In this document: piece by piece, positions 57,774-64,000 of the stretch | Layout: the number at the start of each line of letters is the position of its first letter | Position numbering within the stretch: position 1 is the first letter of the stretch | Assembly: GCA_050331735.1 (NCBI GenBank) | Contig: JBHJGN010000031.1 | Location: forward strand, 111,747 to 175,746 | DNA: 64,000 nucleotides | Direction of reading: 5' to 3' | From: Cyanophyceae cyanobacterium | GTDB taxonomy: Bacteria; Cyanobacteriota; Cyanobacteriia; Cyanobacteriales; JBHJGN01 | Notes under the pieces: model-generated | The model's database searches: none | What the model was told of the DNA's origin: nothing | Seen by the model: the letters and a program-made list of their open reading frames with translations, nothing else | Made by a program: the position numbers and the translations under genes

Positions 57774-59027
57774 ATGCCAGCTACTTTCCCAGACACTAAC
57801 CTACAGAACGACACCGTTTTAGACAACGAGAGATTGGATGCAGAGTTTTCTGACTCAGCATCCAATGACAAATCAGCCGATGAGTTAGTGGAACTCGATT
57901 TAGAAGAAATGGATGCCAACAGTGCATCCCAAAGACGTAACCGCAATACCACCGATCTTGTTCGGCTCTATCTACAGGAAATCGGTCGTGTTCCTCTGCT
58001 GAAAAAAGATGAGGAAGTTGCGAAGGCGCAGCAAGTACAGCGCTACGTTCAGCTCCTCGAACAGCGTAGTGAAGCTGCTGAGCAAGGAGATGAAGATTTG
58101 CAGCAGTTCGTCAAGCTTCTTGAAGTTCGCGACCAGTTGGTGAGTCACCTGAGTCACCGTCCTTCATTAGAGCGATGGGCACAGATGTGTGAGTTAACAG
58201 TTGCTGAACTGAAGCAATCTTTAGCCACTGGCAGGCAGCGATGGGCGCAGGTGGTTGGAATGGACAAGAAGGAACTGGAGCAGATCCAAAAAGCTGGGTT
58301 GCGGGCTAAGGATCACATGATCAAGGCGAATCTTCGTTTGGTGGTGTCAGTCGCTAAAAAGTACCAAAATCGTGGTTTGGAACTGCTAGATCTGATTCAG
58401 GAAGGGACGCTGGGGTTAGAGCGGGCCGTTGAGAAATTTGACCCCACTAAAGGATATCGTTTCAGTACTTATGCTTACTGGTGGATTCGGCAAGGCATTA
58501 CGCGGGCGATCGCTACTCAAAGCCGAACGATTCGGCTTCCGGTTCATATCACCGAGAAACTCAACAAAATTAAAAAAGCGCAGCGAGAAATTGCCCAGAA
58601 AAAAGGCTGTATCGCTAGCCTAGGCGATATTGCTAAAGAACTAGATATGACCGCTCCTCAGGTTAGAGAAGTGCTGCTGCGCGTTCCTCGCTCGGTTTCT
58701 TTAGAGCTGAAGGTGGGCAAGGAAAAAGATACCGAACTCGGCGAACTGCTCGAAACTGAAGATGCCTCTCCTGAAGATGTCTTAATGAGAGAATCGCTTC
58801 ACCGCGACCTGCATCGACTCCTCGAAGATTTGACCAGTCGCGAACGAGACGTCATTCAAATGCGGTTTGGCTTAGCCGATGGTAAATCCCATTCCCTGGC
58901 AGATATTGGTCGCGCTTTAGAGTTGTCCCGCGAACGGGTGCGGCAGATCGAAGCCAAAGCCCTGCAAAAACTGAGACAGCCGAAGCGTCGCAATCAGGTC
59001 AAAGACTACTTTGAGTCTCTCAGTTAA
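57774..59027 (+). CDS. sigC: Group 2 RNA polymerase sigma factor (SigC-like)
   Basis: MPAT N-terminus, DLVRLYLQEIGR, ANLRLVVSVAKKY, FSTYAYWWIRQ, SRERVRQIE. Confidence 0.88.
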   Translation: MPATFPDTNLQNDTVLDNERLDAEFSDSASNDKSADELVELDLEEMDANSASQRRNRNTTDLVRLYLQEIGRVPLLKKDEEVAKAQQVQRYVQLLEQRSEAAEQGDEDLQQFVKLLEVRDQLVSHLSHRPSLERWAQMCELTVAELKQSLATGRQRWAQVVGMDKKELEQIQKAGLRAKDHMIKANLRLVVSVAKKYQNRGLELLDLIQEGTLGLERAVEKFDPTKGYRFSTYAYWWIRQGITRAIATQSRTIRLPVHITEKLNKIKKAQREIAQKKGCIASLGDIAKELDMTAPQVREVLLRVPRSVSLELKVGKEKDTELGELLETEDASPEDVLMRESLHRDLHRLLEDLTSRERDVIQMRFGLADGKSHSLADIGRALELSRERVRQIEAKALQKLRQPKRRNQVKDYFESLS

Positions 59028-59111
59028 CCGTCTTGACTCGTGCGCGTCTTGCTGCTTTGGTTTTCAGCGAGCAGCGATCGCCTCCGCTGACCTGACGTTT
59101 TTGACCATAAA

Positions 59112-59148
59112 CAGAGAAGGGAACAGGATAAACCTGTTCCCTTCTCTG
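59112..59148. terminator. Strong hairpin downstream of sigC
   Basis: CAGAGAAGGGAACAGG-ATAAA-CCTGTTCCCTTCTCTG, perfect 16-bp stem. Confidence 0.65.
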
Positions 59149-59609
59149 CGATCACAGAAAAAAGCTAATGGTCAGAAAAAACCTAGACTAAATCTGATTG
59201 ATAGCAAATCACCGCGAACAAGGTGGCCATGACCGTGATACCAAGAGCTATCAAAGGATGTTGTCCTTGGCTCACTGCAAATGATGTCACAACTCCAGCC
59301 CCTAGGGCGGCAGTGGCGGCGGCGCTGACAAGATCTTTATTCGTTTTTCTATACATATGCGGCTGCTTAAGGAATTTAGGTTAAAAAAGTGTGTTTTTCA
59401 AAACAATGTCTTCCCAAAGTACCATTCTGTTTGGATTTGCTGATTTGGTTTCAGTGGATCTGCAACTAAGTGTAAAACTCAGTCAACTTTCTTAATGAAT
59501 CACAGACGTAGAGATTTGGTGATTTTTACTAGCGGTTTCTTGTTATGGAGACTTGATTCTCTTTGCTGGTTGTTAGAATAACAATCGCCTAATTTTTTGC
59601 TTGGCTTAT

Positions 59610-59924
59610 ATGTCTAACTACACCGTTGAACTTCACCATCAGGGCAAAAACTATACTATACAAGTCTCAGAAGCACAAACGATTTTGCAAGCCGCTGAGG
59701 ATGCGGGGATTGCCCTCCCCAGTTCTTGTAATGCCGGAGTTTGTACAACCTGCGCGGCCAAAATTCTCTCCGGAACTGTCGATCAAAGTGAAGGCATGGG
59801 TCTTTCTCCAGACCTGCAGGCAGAAGGATACGTGCTGCTCTGTATTGCCTATCCTCGCTCAGATCTCAAAATCGAGTCCGAGAAAGAAGAGCTAGTGTAC
59901 GAACGGCAATTTGGACAAGCTTGA
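59610..59924 (+). CDS. Plant-type [2Fe-2S] ferredoxin
   Basis: LPSSCNAGVCTTC...LLCIAYPRSD. Confidence 0.94.
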   Translation: MSNYTVELHHQGKNYTIQVSEAQTILQAAEDAGIALPSSCNAGVCTTCAAKILSGTVDQSEGMGLSPDLQAEGYVLLCIAYPRSDLKIESEKEELVYERQFGQA

Positions 59925-60023
59925 CGGGCAGGAAGGTCGAATAGGAGACAAGGAGATATGTCTTCACCGGAGTAACTGCTTTAGCATCGTAGCTATCAAC
60001 CCGACAGGAGACAACGACTAGTC

Positions 60024-60719
60024 GTGATCATTATCAATTGCGGTATGCCAAAGTCGGGCACAACCCTTGTCATGGAATACCAGAACGACTTAATTAGGTG
60101 TTTATCGTCTCGGAATGGATTGGAGGCAGCTCAAACGCTGGGATATCTTCCCAAGATAGAGTGTAAAACTGCAAGAGCTTTACGTAAGCTCTCTATTCAA
60201 AACGGCGATTTTTTGGTTAAAACACACTCGAAACCATCCTTTTGGATTCGAGAGTTAGTTGCCAAGGACGAAGCGAAAGTGACTTTCTGCTTCCGCGATC
60301 CTAGAGACACGATGTTATCAGTAATCGATCACGGCAAGAGAACTCGTGAAGGTCTTGATTCATCCGGCGCGTTTGCCGAAATTATTACTCTAAGAGATGC
60401 CATCTCCTTCGCTAAGGCCAGCATCAGGCTTTACTATGCATGGCGCAAGTATGGTCAGGCTCTATTCATCCAGTACGAAAAGTTGATGTCGAACAAGATG
60501 CAGTATCTGGAGAAGATGGCAACTTACTTTGGATATCCCTATGAGGAGCAAACCCTTGACGATATTTTCCAGAAGCACGAGCGCCTTAAAGAACGGGCCT
60601 GGAATTTTAACAAAGGGACTGTTAATCGTTGGCAAACTGAAATGACCCCAGAAGAACGTGCGCTCTGCAATAAGCTGTTTAACAAAGATCTTGTGGCAAT
60701 GGGCTACAAAATTCTGTAA
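60024..60719 (+). CDS. Sulfotransferase-domain protein
   Basis: GMPKSGTT (5'-PSB), KTH, RDPRD...S (3'-PB), KGTVNRW. Confidence 0.82.
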   Translation: MIIINCGMPKSGTTLVMEYQNDLIRCLSSRNGLEAAQTLGYLPKIECKTARALRKLSIQNGDFLVKTHSKPSFWIRELVAKDEAKVTFCFRDPRDTMLSVIDHGKRTREGLDSSGAFAEIITLRDAISFAKASIRLYYAWRKYGQALFIQYEKLMSNKMQYLEKMATYFGYPYEEQTLDDIFQKHERLKERAWNFNKGTVNRWQTEMTPEERALCNKLFNKDLVAMGYKIL

Positions 60720-60915
60720 ATTCGATTCTTAATATCAGCAAAGCAGAAAGATAAGGTCAAGTTGATGGGAGTTAAGGTGAGCCAGAAATGGTATAACAAT
60801 CGCAGCACAACAGACTACTTGAAGCCCCAGACAACAAGTGCAAAGCTATTGCCGCTGCTGAGTGCTAACTGAAGTCTAGCGATCTGATAAACTACTTAAA
60901 ACCCCGAACAAGATT

Positions 60916-61095
60916 ATGACCACCCACTTCATTACTGCCGAAATTAGCCTCCAAGAGAATTCTACGCAGCTCCAGCAGGAAATTACCGCAGAATTAGAAA
61001 AGCGGGGCGAACCCCTCCGTTGGGCTATTACTAAAGTTGATAGCGAGCAGCAGCTAGCCCACGTTGAGGCTGTTGTTCTATCCTCTGACGATTGA
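60916..61095 (+). CDS. Small hypothetical protein (59 aa, not in the ORF track)
   Basis: MTTHFITAEISLQ...RGEPLRWAITKVD...AHVEAVV; ends 10 nt before the DUF3326 start. Confidence 0.8.
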   Translation: MTTHFITAEISLQENSTQLQQEITAELEKRGEPLRWAITKVDSEQQLAHVEAVVLSSDD

Positions 61096-61105
61096 AGTAG
61101 GGCTT

Positions 61106-62155
61106 GTGCAGAGTCTTACCGTTGTTCTGATTGTGCCGACCGGAGTTGGAGCCGCCATCGGCGGCTACGCCGGAGATGCGCTGCCGGTGGCTAGAGCGAT
61201 CGCTCAAGTGAGTCACCGCTTGATCACTCACCCCAACGTGCTCAACGGCGCACAGCTATACTGGCCATTATCTAATACGCTCTACGTAGAAGGCTACGCC
61301 CTTGACAAATTTGCTAATTCGTGTTGGGGATTGAAACCCGTTCATCAGAATCGCGTAGGGATGATCCTCGACCAGGGAATTGAGCCAGAGCTGCGCCTGC
61401 GACACCTCCAGGCGGCAGAGGCCACCCGCGCCACCCTGGGACTGACCCTGACCGACTATATCGTGACCGATGCTCCTTTGGCAGTTGAGCTGCGCTCTGC
61501 CCCATCAGGAGCAAGCTGGGGGACGATTGGTAACCCCGGTAGCCTGCTGCGAGCAGCCCAAAAGCTAATCGAGCAAGCTAGAGCAGAGGCGATCACCGTG
61601 GTGGCCAGATTTCCAGACGATGACAGTGAGGCGTTGCAAAACTACCGCCAGGGAGCCGGAGTCGATCCGCTAGCGGGAGCTGAAGCCGTAATTTCCCATC
61701 TTTTAGTGCGCACCTTTCAGATTCCGGCTGCCCATGCTCCTGCCCTAATGCCTTTACCTCTCGATCCTCATCTGTCGCCGCGCTCGGCAGCCGAAGAAAT
61801 TGGCTATACGTTCTTGCCCTGCGTTCTCGTCGGACTGAGCCGCGCTCCTCAGTTCACAACCGGGAAAGAGCGCTCGGAGATTTGGGCAACAGATGTCGAT
61901 GCGGTCATTGTTCCTGCCGATGCCTGCGGCGGAAGCGCCGTTTTAGGGTTAAGCCGTTCGGCACAGATTATTGCCGTGACAGACAACCAAACACAAATGC
62001 AGGTAGCACCAGAACCATTAGGGATTAAAGCAATTCGGGTAAACTCATATTTAGAGGCGCTCGGTGTTTTGGTGGCCTACCGTGCTGGAATCAGCCCGGA
62101 GACCCTGCGCCCTTCCTTGTCCTCATTACGGTGTTTACGAACAGATCGTGGCTAA
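61106..62155 (+). CDS. DUF3326 domain protein
   Basis: LIVPTGVGAAIGGYAGDA, THPNVLNGA, GVDPLAGAEAVISH, HAPAL. Confidence 0.9.
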   Translation: MQSLTVVLIVPTGVGAAIGGYAGDALPVARAIAQVSHRLITHPNVLNGAQLYWPLSNTLYVEGYALDKFANSCWGLKPVHQNRVGMILDQGIEPELRLRHLQAAEATRATLGLTLTDYIVTDAPLAVELRSAPSGASWGTIGNPGSLLRAAQKLIEQARAEAITVVARFPDDDSEALQNYRQGAGVDPLAGAEAVISHLLVRTFQIPAAHAPALMPLPLDPHLSPRSAAEEIGYTFLPCVLVGLSRAPQFTTGKERSEIWATDVDAVIVPADACGGSAVLGLSRSAQIIAVTDNQTQMQVAPEPLGIKAIRVNSYLEALGVLVAYRAGISPETLRPSLSSLRCLRTDRG

Positions 62156-62738
62156 CCCGAACAACTCTGAACTCGACTTAACTCGCACCCAAATTCTGAT
62201 GGTGATGGGCGGAACCGCCGTTATCTTGCTGGCTGTTGCTAAACTGTGGCAGCAGCTCGGTGCTGTTGCTCTGCTCGACGTTCGCCTCACCATGTCAGCA
62301 TTACTCCTGGGGCTTGGTCTGGCAGCAGGAATCACGGTAGCTAGCAGTATAATTTATCGTCTCTGGCCCGCCTATCGCCGCAGCGCTAATATGTACCTCA
62401 ATCTGGTGCTGAAGCCTCTGCTGTGGCCCGACTTAATCTGGTTGGGGCTGCTGCCAGGTTTAAGCGAAGAACTGCTGTTTCGCGGCGTGATGTTGCCTGC
62501 CCTCGGATTAAACTGGAGTGCCTTAATTCTGTCGAGTACCCTATTTGGCGTTCTTCACCTCAGCGGGGCCGGACAGTGGCCCTACGTAGTTTGGGCAACG
62601 GCAGTCGGGTTCGTTCTGGGCTACAGCGCTTTAGTCACCGGAAACCTGTTGGTGCCGATTGTTGCTCACGTCACCACTAATTTAGTATCGAGTATTCTCT
62701 GGAAAATGGGGAAATCGGTCGGGTTCCCCTCGTCTTAG
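62148..62738 (+). CDS. CPBP (CAAX/Abi) family intramembrane metalloprotease
   Basis: SEELLFRG, FGVLH, PIVAH...N motifs. Confidence 0.9.
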   Translation: MANPNNSELDLTRTQILMVMGGTAVILLAVAKLWQQLGAVALLDVRLTMSALLLGLGLAAGITVASSIIYRLWPAYRRSANMYLNLVLKPLLWPDLIWLGLLPGLSEELLFRGVMLPALGLNWSALILSSTLFGVLHLSGAGQWPYVVWATAVGFVLGYSALVTGNLLVPIVAHVTTNLVSSILWKMGKSVGFPSS

Positions 62739-62749
62739 GGTTGCTCTGG

Positions 62750-62814
62750 GACGGGGAAGAGGGACAACAAGCTGAACAATTCTGCCCTTTCCCCCCGCGC
62801 CTACGGCGCTATTA
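62750..62814 (-). repeat. Mini-hairpin mosaic repeat directly after the GST stop
   Basis: Minus strand TAA-TAG-CGCCGTAGGCGCGGGGGGAAAGGG. Confidence 0.72.
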
Positions 62815-63798
62815 CCAAGCAGTGGTGACTGGAACCGTCAGGCGATCGCGATTGTGAGCAGATTCCAGATTGAAGTGTGGTCCTTTGGGGACAATGCCGC
62901 TCGGATTGACATGAGGGTGGCTCATGTAGTAGTGCCGCTTGATATGCTCCAGATTACAGGTTTCCTTGACGCCGGGATACTGATAGATATCTTTGAGATA
63001 GTTCCCTAGATTTGGGTAGTCCCAAATATGGCGCACATTGCATTTGAAGTGGACATAGTAAACCGCATCGAAGCGCAGCAGCGTCGTAAACAAACAGATA
63101 TCGGCTTCTGTAAGCTGGTTGCCGCACACATATCGCTGTTCTTCAAGGACTCCTTCCCAGTGGTTGAGAGCTTCAAAGAGATTAGTCACGGCTTCTTCGT
63201 AGGCTTCTTGACTTGTCGCAAATCCGGCTTTGTAGACTCCATTATTAATCGGCTCATAGATCGCATCAATCGCTTGCTCGATGTCTTCCCGCAGCTCCTC
63301 TGGGCAAAAATCTTCCTGGTTTTGAGCAATAGAGGCAAACTCATGGTCGAACATGCGGATGATTTCGCGGGATTCGTTATTGACAATGGTGTTTGTTTGC
63401 TTATCCCACAGAATCGGCACCGTCACTCGTCCGGTATAGTGAGAGTTTGCTTTAGCGTAAACGTCTCGGAGATAGTGCGTGTGATTGACTGTATCGGGAA
63501 CTGAGCCAGGGTAGTCCGAAAATTCCCATCCGTCCTCTGCCATCAGCGGAGCCACAATTGATACACCGATCGCCTGGTTTAATCCTTTAAGCTGTCGCAG
63601 GATTAAGGTTCGCTGCGCCCAAGGACAGGCGTAGGATACATAGAGATGATACCGTCCTGATTCTGGCTTGAAGCGGCTAGAGCCATCTGCCTTTACCCAC
63701 TCGCGGAATGTCGTGGGGTTGCGCTGGAAGCGCCCTTTGTCATCTTTTTCGTATCCTTCCTGTTTCCATTCCCCATCAATCATCATTCCGGTTGCCAT
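62812..63798 (-). CDS. Glutathionyl-hydroquinone reductase (Xi-class GST, YqjG/ECM4 family)
   Basis: RYHLYVSYACPWA, RVTVPILWD, NNESREI, INNGVYKAGFA, HFKCN, HIKRHYY. Confidence 0.93.
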   Translation of the reverse strand: MATGMMIDGEWKQEGYEKDDKGRFQRNPTTFREWVKADGSSRFKPESGRYHLYVSYACPWAQRTLILRQLKGLNQAIGVSIVAPLMAEDGWEFSDYPGSVPDTVNHTHYLRDVYAKANSHYTGRVTVPILWDKQTNTIVNNESREIIRMFDHEFASIAQNQEDFCPEELREDIEQAIDAIYEPINNGVYKAGFATSQEAYEEAVTNLFEALNHWEGVLEEQRYVCGNQLTEADICLFTTLLRFDAVYYVHFKCNVRHIWDYPNLGNYLKDIYQYPGVKETCNLEHIKRHYYMSHPHVNPSGIVPKGPHFNLESAHNRDRLTVPVTTAW

Positions 63799-64000
63799 AA
63801 CTTTCTCCTTAATTCTCCAATTCCTGATTGTGACTTCTCCCGACGCTCAATCAAAGATTAGAGCGCGGGCTTCTTCCTTCACACGGTCTTGTCTAGACTG
63901 AGTTGTTAGCTCAATCCCCGACAGCTCCCATCCAGAAGCAATTTCGATTGCCCATAGACCCCGGGCACAAATCACTTGCGAGCTAGCAATATCCCTAGGC

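Noticed and set aside
1..64000. CRISPR array, tRNA, rRNA, integrase or prophage
   Set aside because: No regularly spaced repeat-spacer units, cloverleafs, rRNA motifs or phage/integrase ORFs were seen; the repeats are dispersed and irregular
1..64000. Very frequent GCGATCGC
   Set aside because: This is the well-known cyanobacterial HIP1; used only as a taxonomic cue
63850..64000. Open minus-strand frame at the window end
   Set aside because: About 50 codons with no recognisable similarity; cannot be supported

Overview
Cyanobacterial chromosomal DNA, judged from very frequent HIP1 octamers (GCGATCGC) and typical cyanobacterial genes (Uma2, pentapeptide-repeat, DUF4347, SigC-like, DUF3326). 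Housekeeping genes (hisZ, cobK, sigC, ferredoxin, GST) alternate with accessory blocks. The main points of interest are: (1) a proteobacterial-type dapD / class-IV aminotransferase / dapE cluster, where a BCAT-like enzyme occupies the place of DapC; (2) a GlnT-type ligase, 2OG-Fe(II) dioxygenase and BMP-family ABC importer with a perfect NtcA box, whose second permease is missing next to an IS630 remnant; (3) a threonine-synthase-like gene plus sulfur carrier behind an Rrf2/IscR-like palindrome; (4) a ~20 kb two-component-rich island with duplicated kinases and a recurring upstream motif; (5) several families of small dispersed repeats, some abutting stop codons or read into proteins; (6) a candidate structured RNA upstream of the cobK gene run; and (7) unannotated gene remnants (Omp85, alpha/beta-hydrolase, IS630). 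All functional calls come from motif recognition by eye; no database search was run.
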